A DNA stretch of 63,252 nucleotides, filler included, from Stramenopiles sp. TOSAG23-2 (taxonomy: Eukaryota), in assembly GCA_900128395.1 (NCBI GenBank). It is 35 parts of 35 records of this genome, joined end to end, with 100 filler letters (N's around TTAATTAATTAA, not from the genome) between each part and the next. Parts side by side here need not be neighbours in the genome. Positions count along the whole stretch, not along the records: positions 1 to 1,723 come from LT652451.1; positions 1,824 to 3,546 come from LT652452.1; positions 3,647 to 5,368 come from LT652453.1; positions 5,469 to 7,190 come from LT652454.1; positions 7,291 to 9,010 come from LT652455.1; positions 9,111 to 10,829 come from LT652456.1; 29 more parts are not named here. One strand, 5' to 3'. The position numbers were made by a program, and so were the translations under genes. Positions 1 through 10,929 of this stretch are shown in pieces (position 1 is the first letter of the stretch; each line of letters begins with the position of its first letter). Below the pieces are notes generated by a model. It worked only from the letters and a program-made list of their open reading frames with translations, was not told where the DNA came from and did not search any database.

Positions 1-1177
1 ACGATCGAAATTGAATGCCATTTACATTACTGGTGTTGTTAATAATGGTATCAATGGATGCTGTATGTAAGCCTGCAATACGATCAATATTTCTTAACGC
101 ACTCTTGCCATATGTTACTTGTTTGGTTGTGCCAGTAGTATTAAATTCATCCAGTAACCCCAGCGTCACGTCTTTAAAATTAGGAATGCATATGTTTATC
201 CTTTTACCACATTTTCCATTACCTTTCCAACTGTTTTGGTTCGAACAATGTACAGCAATTCGACCACCTCCACCACCACTTCTGCGTTGTGATGTATGAC
301 CACCACCATTTGCTTTGATCATACCATTACCAACAAGTGAAGTTGTATTAATTAAAACTGATCCACCTGCACCACCAGCATCGTAATGTGCGCTGGTAGA
401 GTAACTTCGCTGACCCTGGACATTGATTATGCCTTCAATATACGCTTTATGCGCAACATTCAAATGTATTGCAGCACCACCATTACTATATTGTAGATTT
501 TGGTTGGCAGCCGAAAGTTGCCCCTGTACGTAACCACCACTGCCCATTGTAATCGGGTATTTGAAATTTCCATATCCTAACAAACTAGTACCACGCCTCT
601 CTGACATAGTGTGGTTCATTCCACCTCCAGTACCACCATGCGAACCTCCTTCATAATGTTTACGACTTGATCCAGGTCCTTCCATGTATTTGTATCCACG
701 TCCTTCACCAAGAATTCGTCCATTTTCCCATACCTCCAAATAATCAGTTTCCAGTTTAAACTTTCCAAAAACCTCAAATTTAGCAACATTGACTGAATTA
801 TATACGAGTGGATCAGAATAGCCGATTTGAAATTTGCTCGTCTTGATGAAATACTTTGTCGAGTCTCGTTCTCTTAAATACACATGACCACCATCGTTTA
901 CTTTGAATTCAGTAAAAGTATATGAATCAGTGTCAGACAGTGGATAAATATCCAATACACCATTTGGCTTGACTTCCATTTTATCGACGTTTTGCATTCG
1001 ATCTCGCAGCACAACCGTAACACCATCAATTGCTATATTATGTGGAACAACAACAGTTGAATTATCTCGTATAAATGAATTGGAGTCAGCGTTCACGATA
1101 GTATTATTTGCCGTCGTTCCCACTAAAACTGGGGTTAGACGACTACCTGTAAAAAGTGTTGTTGTATGAATATCCAT
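1..1177 (-). CDS. Glycine-rich extracellular-type protein fragment (GG-HGG / GSGG / GGGGRIAV motifs), runs off window start
   Basis: Not in the ORF track. Manual translation from ATG 1177: MDIHTTTLFTG...GEGRGY...GGSHGGTGG...YGNFKYPITMGSGG...GGAAIHL...GGAGGSVLI...ANGG...SGGGGGRIAVHC. This motif order is typical of large Gly-rich surface proteins of protists and plants. Confidence 0.7.
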   Translation of the reverse strand, partial: MDIHTTTLFTGSRLTPVLVGTTANNTIVNADSNSFIRDNSTVVVPHNIAIDGVTVVLRDRMQNVDKMEVKPNGVLDIYPLSDTDSYTFTEFKVNDGGHVYLRERDSTKYFIKTSKFQIGYSDPLVYNSVNVAKFEVFGKFKLETDYLEVWENGRILGEGRGYKYMEGPGSSRKHYEGGSHGGTGGGMNHTMSERRGTSLLGYGNFKYPITMGSGGYVQGQLSAANQNLQYSNGGAAIHLNVAHKAYIEGIINVQGQRSYSTSAHYDAGGAGGSVLINTTSLVGNGMIKANGGGHTSQRRSGGGGGRIAVHCSNQNSWKGNGKCGKRINICIPNFKDVTLGLLDEFNTTGTTKQVTYGKSALRNIDRIAGLHTASIDTIINNTSNVNGIQFRS

Positions 1178-1474
1178 GTTAGTTGTTAAATATAAATAAA
1201 ATTGTATAAGAAGTAGAAGATATATATAATAAAAAGAAGTAGATGTATATATAGGAAAGCTTTCCCTCCTTACTGCTTTTTCAATGGTATAGGGGACTTT
1301 TATTTTACCCTTTATCACCCACACTAAACTAGAATCTTCCGAAGAAAATTCTAGTCTAACATGTTGTGATGCCCCGTTATCCACAACAAAAAACAAATTA
1401 TTGTGTTTGTACAATGTACATTTTGTTTTTTTTAAAGATTGTCTTCTTTGTAAATATGCATATGCTGCCATATT

Positions 1475-1580
1475 TTTTGTTTGTTTTGTTTGTTTTGTTT
1501 TGTTTGTTTTGTTTGTTTTGTTTTGTTTTGTTTGTTTTGTTTGTTTTGTTTGTTTTGTTTGTTTTGTTTTTGTTTGTTGT
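1475..1580. repeat. (TTTG/TTTTG)n simple repeat
   Basis: About 100 nt of tgttt/tgtttt units, which produce the spurious FVLFV ORFs 1366-1634. Confidence 0.95.
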
Positions 1581-1723
1581 TTTCTATCTTCTTTCTATGT
1601 ATGTACATATATATCTTTCTACATAATATATTGAATATATAGTACTATATGTTGTTGCGGATAATTTATAGTATGGACAGAGGTAGGGCTACGAGACATC
1701 AAAATTATATAGGAACATTTGTA

Positions 1724-1823
1724 NNNNNNNNNNNNNNNNNNNNNNNNNNNNNNNNNNNNNNNNNNNNTTAATTAATTAANNNNNNNNNNNNNNNNNNNNN
1801 NNNNNNNNNNNNNNNNNNNNNNN
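1724..1823. other. Artificial contig spacer (44 N + TTAATTAATTAA + 44 N); first of 34 identical spacers, last at 61455-61554
   Basis: The identical 100-nt block recurs every ~1.8 kb, the 12-mer has stops in all six frames, and the intervening contigs shrink steadily from 1723 to 1698 bp. Confidence 0.98.
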
Positions 1824-2163
1824 ATTTTTATGAAAGAGAAACGGAAAAGAATAGATGGTGATGTTGAGGAGTTGTAAAGAGTATAAGAGCGAGGAGGACA
1901 ATCTTTTTTTTTAAAGAACTCCTTACCAGACCTTTTTTTTGTAAGGAAAAATATACATTGTTAAACCCACACCCGCTAGAAGACTTGTATATTTTTTATT
2001 AATATTTTAAAACTTATTTTAACAAACCGAGGGGGCCAATTTCTCTCTCTCTCTCTGACCTTTTACCTATTTATTTGATTTTGCTTATCTTTCACGCTTC
2101 TTGTGCAATTGTATTGGGCATTGGTTTTATATATACTCGTATACATCATGATATTCATATTTT

Positions 2164-2709
2164 TTAATTTTTAGGATTTACTACCATGTTTCTCTTGCAA
2201 CATATTGGTTTGATGACAAGCCAAATGGCAGTAAACATAATCATTCCTACACTACCTAATCCAATACCTAATGCAATGATACGAAATGTATCTATACCTT
2301 CTAATTCTTTCCAACCAGTTAACATTACACTAACAATATAACTGATTACCCCTACAACGAATTTTCCAATAGGAAAATGTAATAACATTTTATGTCCTGC
2401 AGCCCAAGTTGGTATTTCTTCGTCGCTTAAGAAATTTGCTGAACGATATAAGAGTGCTGATGTTAAACAACTACATGTACATAAATGTATTGCTATTAAT
2501 GACGTCATATATATAGAGACATCCCATCCATTATTTACATCATAATCCCTTTGTAAATTGGACAATGCAAAACCACCTATTAACGCAGCCATTACGCCTG
2601 TATTTACCAGATCATTTAACATTTTTTCACGATTAATTTTTGGTATTTCCCCCATCGTTGTTTTTTTCTCTTCTCCCCACGCTAATTGTTTTTGTTCGTC
2701 GCGTATCAT
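2164..2709 (-). CDS. Small four-TM membrane protein of unknown function (first helix Orai/PGG-like)
   Basis: Complete 181-aa ORF with four hydrophobic segments; first helix is GVMAALIGGFALS. Confidence 0.65.
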   Translation of the reverse strand: MIRDEQKQLAWGEEKKTTMGEIPKINREKMLNDLVNTGVMAALIGGFALSNLQRDYDVNNGWDVSIYMTSLIAIHLCTCSCLTSALLYRSANFLSDEEIPTWAAGHKMLLHFPIGKFVVGVISYIVSVMLTGWKELEGIDTFRIIALGIGLGSVGMIMFTAIWLVIKPICCKRNMVVNPKN

Positions 2710-3395
2710 TTAATGATTATTACAGTATCAATGTGATATGCATCATTGCTTTTTTCAATTAGACAGTTGTTGCATCGCATTACACCTTTTGATTGAAACT
2801 ATAAATAGATTATTATATAGAAAGATGTGTCCAAATTTCTTTCTTAGGTCAAAAAATGCAAAAAGCAAAAACGTGAAGGTTAAGTTAAGGTAGGTTTAAA
2901 AAAGAAGAAGTAAGGAATGCCTATAGTGTATATACATATTTTGTGATTTTTTCAAGAACTATTATAACCTTACACAGTGGAAAATCTCATATTTTCGCGT
3001 GCAACAACTTTCCGAATAGGTTCACGTTCTATATTTGCAACATTTATAATGGCAGAGCATTGAAAAAATGTGCCGACTGATGCACACTGCACGCCGTCAA
3101 TCATCAATCATTATATTTTGCACTTTAACTTGCACGGTGTGCCGGTTGCACTTTGCACTTATGCAACTTATGTGAATATCAAGCACAATATACAGACTTT
3201 TTACAAACGAAATTTGATGAACTTGCTAAACTTGCCGTGCAGACCAGAATAAAATAAATGAAATATGCAATCGACAATATGTCTCTAGAGAGTCGTAGAC
3301 AACAACTTTTTTAATAAAAAACAATTGCGGGCGTCTCTATTTAATTGAATTAATATTTTATAATGCGTGCAAACAATAAAACTCTCCTTTTACAC

Positions 3396-3545
3396 TTAAC
3401 CAAACTCCTCCGTCCATTTATCGAACCGTTTCAACAATACTTCTTGATCGACACCACCATTCAAATCACCTTTCTTCATCTTATTATTATGCATACTACG
3501 ACTTTCTAATATTTTTTTCAAATGATAAAACGATAGATCTCCAAT
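3396..3545 (-). CDS. C-terminal fragment of a meiotic-clade AAA ATPase (VPS4/spastin/katanin/fidgetin-like)
   Basis: Manual translation IGDLSFYHLKKILE...VDQEVLLKRFDKWTEEFG*; a terminal F-x-x-W-x-x-E-F-G helix is characteristic of this clade. Confidence 0.6.
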   Translation of the reverse strand: MGDLSFYHLKKILESRSMHNNKMKKGDLNGGVDQEVLLKRFDKWTEEFG

Positions 3546-3646
3546 TNNNNNNNNNNNNNNNNNNNNNNNNNNNNNNNNNNNNNNNNNNNNTTAATTAATT
3601 AANNNNNNNNNNNNNNNNNNNNNNNNNNNNNNNNNNNNNNNNNNNN

Positions 3647-5326
3647 TTTCATCTTCCTTTGAAGTGCTTTTCTTTCCTCAAATGCTTCAATACGCGCTTT
3701 TGCAAGAGCTTCTTTATATGCATTTTCATTTTCTTGCATACTTTGTTTGGAGTTGAATTTTCGATTTAAATTATCCAAACTTCTTCTCCTCTGCAATCTA
3801 TTGTTTTGAATTTCCTTTGGACTCGCTTCATATGAATTCGTTCTGGTTACAATATTCCTCTGATGATTATAACTATTGTTCCCATCGAGACTCCTCCTAT
3901 TATTTTGATACCTATTACTATTATTATTGGTAGTAGTAGTAGTAGGAGGAGGAGGAGGAGGAGTAGTGTTGGTATTATCATTAAATTGATTTTTCACCGG
4001 GTTATTGAAACCTTGCATCTTTTTTTCCAATTCTTTTCTTTCTTTGAATGCTTGTTTTCTCGCTTCAGCTAACATTGCTTCGTGTTCTTTCTGTTTTTCA
4101 ATTTTTTCACTATTTCGGCGTTGTAGCATTCTTGCAGCTTTGTTTCCCCCATTATTGTTATCGTCGTTATTATTATGTCTTGGACTACTAAATGTAAAAT
4201 GTTGAGCTTGCCTGTGATTATTATTATCATTATATTTATTATCAGAAATTTTCCTACTATTATTTCTACGTTTAGATGAAGCAGCTGCAACTGCTAAAGT
4301 TTTTGGTGATAATGAGGATCTGATTTTTTTCGTCTTTCTTACATTATTACGAGTTTTAGTGTTATTACATATTTCACCTTCATTTTTCGCAGCAGTAGCA
4401 CCAATATTTTTGTTCTTATTGTTTCTTACCTTGACATTTTGATTGAAATTCGTCCGAATTTTCATAGCATTATTTGTACGATATTTTACTTGTTTTGCTC
4501 GTTGTTGTTGTTGTTGCAGTCGTTCTGGTTCAGGTTGTTGCGTTTTATTAGTAGGAGAACGTTTTACAGCCCATTTTTTGGGTTGAAATGCCGTTATTTT
4601 CTCTTTTTCTAGCGCCATACGAATGGATTCATCTGTAACCCCGAGCGTTGTTAATGATGGCGATCCAACTTGCATTACCTTCAATATATCATCGTCTGTT
4701 ATTACTGACGTATTATGATTATCCCCCTCCTCCTCGTTCTCAAGCTCTTCCTTACTATTGCTTGTCTTTGTATAATTATCAAAATTAGCACTTTGAATAT
4801 TTTGTGGTGGAGATGCATTTTTTTTTAAATAATTTGATTTATATACTTCATGTGAAAAACTTTGATCATGCCACTCATTACTATTCCTATTGTTGTTGCT
4901 TTTGGCATTTAATGAACCATTATCATTACTACTATTATTGCTGTTTGTAGTATTTGCATTCATTAATATTGCTAAATGTTTTTGAACTAAAGGTAATGCC
5001 AACATGTTATCAACTGTTGGTCTTTTAGATGGATCCTTATTCAACATTAAATTGATCAAATCAATTAATTCTTGATCAATACCACGTACTTCCAATAATT
5101 CGATATTAATAAACGACGAGGATTTGATTTGATCACATAAATATTGATACTTTTCATTATCAAATGGTTTTTTAAAAGTCAATAACTCATATATAATGCA
5201 ACCAACGGACCAAACATCAGCTTGTGAAGATAATGCTTTTAATTTGTATTTTTTTTGTGATGCATCATATAAAATCTCTCTGTTTCCGATATCAACACAA
5301 ACTTCCGGAGCTGCATAAAAAGGCAA
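3647..5326 (-). CDS. NIMA-related (NEK-like) Ser/Thr kinase, C-lobe plus long tail, partial at both ends
   Basis: APE, DVWSVGCIIYELLTFKKPF and MLNKDPSKRPT motifs; the tail has two copies of a NEK1-like LxxARxxAFxERKxL coiled-coil motif. Confidence 0.8.
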
Positions 5327-5755
5327 TTGAATTTGTTCACGTGCAGATAAAAAGAAAGAAAAGAACGANNNNNNNNNNNNNNNNNNNNNNNNNNNNNNNN
5401 NNNNNNNNNNNNTTAATTAATTAANNNNNNNNNNNNNNNNNNNNNNNNNNNNNNNNNNNNNNNNNNNNAATTCGGTTTAAGTATGGACCATCGTATACTC
5501 CCCCAAAATCACCCCTACGCGAAATGTATTTGAATTATATAGTAATTCTTCAGACAGAAATGGTTGGTGATGATATTCATGTTGTGTGCTTGTTATGATG
5601 AAAAAAGTAGTATTATATATTATAATATAGGCATAGCATTATAGGACATGGACACAGCACAGAAACCCTGATATTTACAATAATTTAGAATCTTTATAGG
5701 ACTACGAGAGTATAATAAAATTACATAAAAAATTAATATATAGTAAAACCTGAAT

Positions 5756-6394
5756 CTATGAACGAGATAAAAATATATCATCGATCACTTCGTCTTCACT
5801 TTCTGATTCAATTTTTTTTGGTTTTGGTGCATTTTTTTCAAATTCAATAGTTAAATCACTAACACTTTTCTTTTTAGTAGTAGCAGTTATTTCCTCGTTT
5901 TCTTCTTTTTTACCAGTAACAATAGAAGAAGATACTTTTTTTGCATGGTTTTTTTGTGATTTCTTCTTTAACTTCATGCTATTATTGTAAGTATTTTTTC
6001 TTCTGTTGGAACCGTTATTTAATGAACTAATCTGCTCTTGTAATGATAATAATATTTTCATTTGTAATACATTGACTTGTTTCTGCGTACCAGTTTCCAA
6101 GATATGATTATAGTATTCCTCATCGGTATTTTCATGTGCAAATGCTAATGCTCGTGCAAGTTTTGCATCTCGTGTTTGGTTATAATATTTATCAAAACCT
6201 TCAGGTTCATCTTTTTTTTCTAACAAATGTGTATTTTTCAATACATTATGAAAAGAAGGTTTACTAGTGTAGGAACGCCATAAATCTTTTATCATGACCT
6301 TTCGAACTTTTAATTCATATTCAGGAAAGTTTTCCATTACTTCATTGAATGCGTCTCTAGTCATCTCAAACATTTGGCAGATTGTCAAGGACAT
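5756..6394 (-). CDS. C-terminal part of a cyclic-nucleotide-binding-domain protein (CNG/HCN/KCNH channel-like), 5' end missing
   Basis: SLTICQMFEMTRDAFNEVMENFPE matches the last strand and B-helix of CNBDs (A-x-T-x-C-x-L-x-x-L-x-R-x-x-F-x-x-V-L-x-x-F-P). Confidence 0.6.
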   Translation of the reverse strand: MSLTICQMFEMTRDAFNEVMENFPEYELKVRKVMIKDLWRSYTSKPSFHNVLKNTHLLEKKDEPEGFDKYYNQTRDAKLARALAFAHENTDEEYYNHILETGTQKQVNVLQMKILLSLQEQISSLNNGSNRRKNTYNNSMKLKKKSQKNHAKKVSSSIVTGKKEENEEITATTKKKSVSDLTIEFEKNAPKPKKIESESEDEVIDDIFLSRS

Positions 6395-6751
6395 GCAGAG
6401 TATGCACGAAGAAAATTAGTTGAAGATGATTTAGAGAAAAAAAATTTTAAAATAAAGAAATTGAATAGAAAAGCTAATTTTTTAAAACGAAAACTATACA
6501 ACGATGATAAGAGACTAGAGGAAGAACGGAAAGTAAGAAGGAAAGATCAATTACAACAATTGAGTGATAGACACGTCATGCATTTTCAACGTAAAAATAT
6601 GTATAAATCTATTATTGGCATGAATCGCAATGATGATGGTAGTGCTAATATTCCAAGCGAAACTCTTGCAAAGTACGGATTAGATGATGATAATGCTGAT
6701 TTGAATTTTGATAATGATGATGAGAAGGATGATGATATTAATAATAATTAA
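6385..6751 (+). CDS. C-terminal fragment of a charged coiled-coil protein
   Basis: Open, protein-like K/E/R-rich frame ending in an acidic tail; no credible ATG start. Confidence 0.5.
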
Positions 6752-7290
6752 AATAAGGATGAGCATTGACACCACAGGGAAATACACAGATAGTACAGGT
6801 GCATATATATTGGGTCGTTATTAGACCGTTTATCTGTTTAGTCAAAATTAATTAAATTAATATTTGGTGTAATGCTGTGTTGATACTATCGGACTTTGCG
6901 ATTTTTTTATTATTAAAATGAGATACTAAATTTTCAAAATAAATGAACCCATTAGACTATTCTAAAAATGAGTTTTACCTATCAATAGTATAACTAAAAC
7001 ACAAAATCACATTATACATATTTTAGTACAATTTCAAAATTTGATATAGGGTGATTGATAAATTTCACGCAATAAAAATTCTGTAAGGCCTACTGCCATA
7101 CTAATTTACCATCAACACAGAACTATCACAAATTCCTTTGATAGAAAGAGTATCAATTCTAGTTCAATTGATAAAAAATCCCTCTAAATANNNNNNNNNN
7201 NNNNNNNNNNNNNNNNNNNNNNNNNNNNNNNNNNTTAATTAATTAANNNNNNNNNNNNNNNNNNNNNNNNNNNNNNNNNNNNNNNNNNNN

Positions 7291-8030
7291 TAACAACTTT
7301 GTTTTTAATACATTTTGCTCGTTTTACAAATTCAAGTGTTGATAATGATTCATATCGATTACTGATTTCAGGGGATACAGCTGCAATCATCGACGTCTGT
7401 GCATTGCCACCTAAACTATCGCGCAACAAAAATGTCAATTTACTATCACGATATGCAACATGCCAATTGCGTTTTGATACTAAGGATTTGATAACATTAC
7501 CTAATGCAGATAATGATTTATTTATAGTTGCACCTTCTTTCAAACGGGCACCAGTTGCGCCTGTATTTTGTTGTCTTTCACTTCCAGCAAGGTCCACTAA
7601 ATTGATTTTTGATGTACGTTTAGTTTGTGCACCAGTTTTTTTATTGGTAGAATGTATTTCAAGTGACAATGTAAATACTGCATGGGAGCGACTAGATTCA
7701 TTATTCATCTTTGTTGATCCAGTTTTCCTATTTGTATTTCCAATTGCCATCCATTCAGCAGCTTCTTTTGGAGAAATGACTTCTTTTTCAACTAATTTGT
7801 CAACATATACGCATTTTTTTTTCGTATCTTCTCTTAAATCTTTTTTTCCTGATTCAATATCTAGCAAATCAAGTACGTTTTCTTGATAAATTTCTAGATA
7901 TGAAACATAGACATTGATTTTATTGTCAATCAATGAAGATTTATTATTATTATTATTTTCCACTACTTGTTTTTTTTTCTTGCACGTCTTCCAGGCATCT
8001 TTCTTATATTTTTTTCCGAAGGATGTTCCT
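7291..8030 (-). CDS. Kinesin motor domain fragment (KIF15/kinesin-12-like)
   Basis: SYLEIYQE, NNESSRSHAVF (switch I), LVDLAGSE (switch II), YRDSKLTFLLRDSLGGN, STLEFVKRAK. The P-loop half is not visible; a possible acceptor (aaaag) lies near 8030. Confidence 0.9.
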
Positions 8031-8426
8031 TTTATATATTATTATTAGTACAATATAAATAAATTCCATGTGTATTAGCAGGTGTTTAGGGTTAGGGAAA
8101 TTCGTACTTTGATTATATTTCTGTATACTTTATACAAATATCCTATCATTAAAAATTCTCCGCGCGATTTAGGGATAGCACGATAATTCCAAGGCACCAA
8201 GATTCATCATGGCCATTAAAAATAATATAGATTTGATGTATATACGACAAATATTATGTATAACCAATACATCAGAAAGTATATATATATAAATACAGTA
8301 CTCTCCATCTATCTATATCTATNNNNNNNNNNNNNNNNNNNNNNNNNNNNNNNNNNNNNNNNNNNNNNNNNNNNNNNNNNNNNNNNNNNNNNNNNNNNNN
8401 NNNNNNNNNNNNNNNNNNNNNNNNNN

Positions 8427-9010
8427 ACGAAAGCTTTTTCCGTACATACGCGACGTGGAAAATTATTAAGAGTATCGAAAGAACAATATTTAAGAACTGA
8501 TTTAGGATGTGGAACAACATGTTATAACTCACCTTTTCATGGAATAGCACAACAAATTGAAGCAATGCCAACACCTGAAAATCATGAATATTCTTCGTAT
8601 ATCGTATTAGATACAAATGTTGCTTTGCAACAAATGGATCTTTTAGAATTAAATGTACCGCCATTATCAAGAATTATTATTTTGGAAACTGTTTTTGATG
8701 AATTGAAAAATTTAAATTCTACTACATTTAGTCGATTAGAAACTTTATTAAAAGCAAATGAAAAGCAAATTATTTTTTTCTCAAATGAACATCATCAAAA
8801 TACATTTATACATCGAAATGATGGAGAATCTCCAAATGATAGAAACGATAGAGCGATACGGGTAGCTGTGAAATGGTTTATGAATACATATGGGCACCAA
8901 GCTGATTTTGTTTTTCTTTCAAACGACCGTTTATGTCGTGAAGAAGCATTAAAATTAAATATACCATCAATTTCCATACATCAATATACAAATAAATTTT
9001 CAAAAGAATA
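8427..9010 (+). CDS. DIS3: Exosome nuclease DIS3/Rrp44, N-terminal PIN domain, partial
   Basis: TRRGKLLRVSKEQYLRTDLGCG, LDTNV, FSNEHH, ESPNDRNDRAIRVA. Confidence 0.93.
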
Positions 9011-9414
9011 NNNNNNNNNNNNNNNNNNNNNNNNNNNNNNNNNNNNNNNNNNNNTTAATTAATTAANNNNNNNNNNNNNNNNNNNNNNNNNNNNNNNNNN
9101 NNNNNNNNNNTTTTTTGCAGCTATAATAATATAATTATAATAGCTGCTATTGTACCGTAATACCGTAGTAAATAATATAATATTGTTGCAGTCGTCAGGT
9201 ATTAATAGTACCCATATAATTATTATAGGTATTCGACGATGAATAATAATAATAAAAAAATTATTATCAAATAATGTTATTATTATTTTATTATTTGCAT
9301 TACTTTCAATTGTTGTTCCATTTACATTATTTGTGATAAAGAAGAAATGTAAACAACTGTTATCACAATATATATAATATTTATTTTATTAACAAATCAT
9401 CCCTTGATATAACA

Positions 9415-10451
9415 ATGGTCTTATTTCAAACGTATTACAACATATATCAATATTACGTAGAAAATATTGCAACTTCTTATATTTTCTTTTCATTTTTCAT
9501 ATTTTTTATAATATATCCAAAGTTGATTCATTTTATGAATTTTATGTTTGCATATTGGAGACCATATATAAATATAAAAAAAAGATATGGTGCAGATAAA
9601 GCAAATAATAGAACATATGCATTGGTATCAGGTGCTGGAACTGGAATTGGCTTGGAAATGGTTTGTAAATTATTGACGGAAAATATAAATGTCATTGCAA
9701 CTAGTTTACCAAGGGACAAAAATGATTTTAATAAAACAGTCAAATGCCTAATTCAAGAAAATAACTTGACATCACAAGTTCATTTTATTGGTATTGATAT
9801 TATTGCAAAAGGGGCTGCTTCTAGTGCATCTGATTTATTAGAAAAATTAGATGCATTTTTCAATGCTAACTCTATTGATTTACAAATATTAATCAATTGT
9901 GTTGGGATATCAAATGACTATCCAAAAAAATTTATGGATCATGAAATGAAAGAAATAGAAAATTTATTAAACATAAATTTAAATTTTACGGTTGTTTTAA
10001 CAAATTTAATATTAAAAAATATTTTGATTACGATAAACAATGTGGTGTAGTTTTTGTTTCATCTCAAGCAGGGGCATTACCAGGTAGTCCATTAGTACCT
10101 ATATATGGCTGTTGTAAAGCCGCGTTAATACATTTAGGGAAGACAATCAAAGCAGAAGATGAGTTTTCAAATACAAAGAAACCAATAGATGTGCTTATAG
10201 CAATTCCAGGATATGTTAATAGTGGTAAAACACCCATTTGGACAAATACAAAGAATGGTTTTGGTATTGCATCACCGCGTTTTATTGCACATTCAATTTT
10301 GGGCAATTTAGGATACAACAGTCCAATCGTTTTCAGTCCATATATAGTCCATGGAATTCAATTTGCCATATTAGATTCATGGTTGAGTGACTATATTATT
10401 CAAATGTTGTCTTGGAATGAATTGAAACATTCGAGAAAAAAAATAAAATAA
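9415..10451 (+). CDS. Membrane-anchored short-chain dehydrogenase (very-long-chain 3-oxoacyl-CoA reductase / 17beta-HSD12-like), split by a -1 frameshift near 10014-10020
   Basis: N-terminal TM, SGAGTGIG and ILINCVG in frame 0; VSSQAG, YGCCK (YxxxK) and PGYV continue in the -1 frame to TAA 10451. Confidence 0.82.
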
Positions 10452-10929
10452 AGAAAGAACACACAATGAGATGCTCAGCAGTATAATACTTTTGTATTTA
10501 TGTATACACACACGCGTATTTATATTATTTTATATATGTGTACGTAAAAATTTTCTCTTATTCATGTATTAATATAAAATTATTTTATATATGATATATC
10601 ATACGAGTATAATTTAAAATGATTCTTAAATTATTTTATATCTTCTTGTTCGTACTCTCTCTGAAAAGAAATGTTATAAACTATGCATATATGACATATT
10701 ACGTATAAAAAAGCCAAAAATATTTTTCGAATTCGTAGTATCTACGCGTACGTACTTCGTATGATAGACGATCATTTTAATACATATTTATCAAAATATT
10801 TATAAATTAAAAATACATATATGATATTGNNNNNNNNNNNNNNNNNNNNNNNNNNNNNNNNNNNNNNNNNNNNTTAATTAATTAANNNNNNNNNNNNNNN
10901 NNNNNNNNNNNNNNNNNNNNNNNNNNNNN

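Noticed and set aside
1366-1634. Hydrophobic FVLF/CFV ORFs
   Set aside because: Translations of the TTTG microsatellite.
5290-5368. Atypical NEK activation loop (QIQLPFYAAPE lacking GT)
   Set aside because: It sits at the contig edge, and the pyrimidine-rich stretch ending tttttatgcag could be an intron acceptor, so it cannot be interpreted.
7299-7886. Long antisense ORFs (also 22330-22674, 35106-35543, 55051-55584, 56506-57150)
   Set aside because: Shadow frames opposite well-supported genes, with no motifs of their own.
8085-8097. tttagggttaggg telomere-like motif
   Set aside because: Only two units, internal to the contig; compatible with chance.
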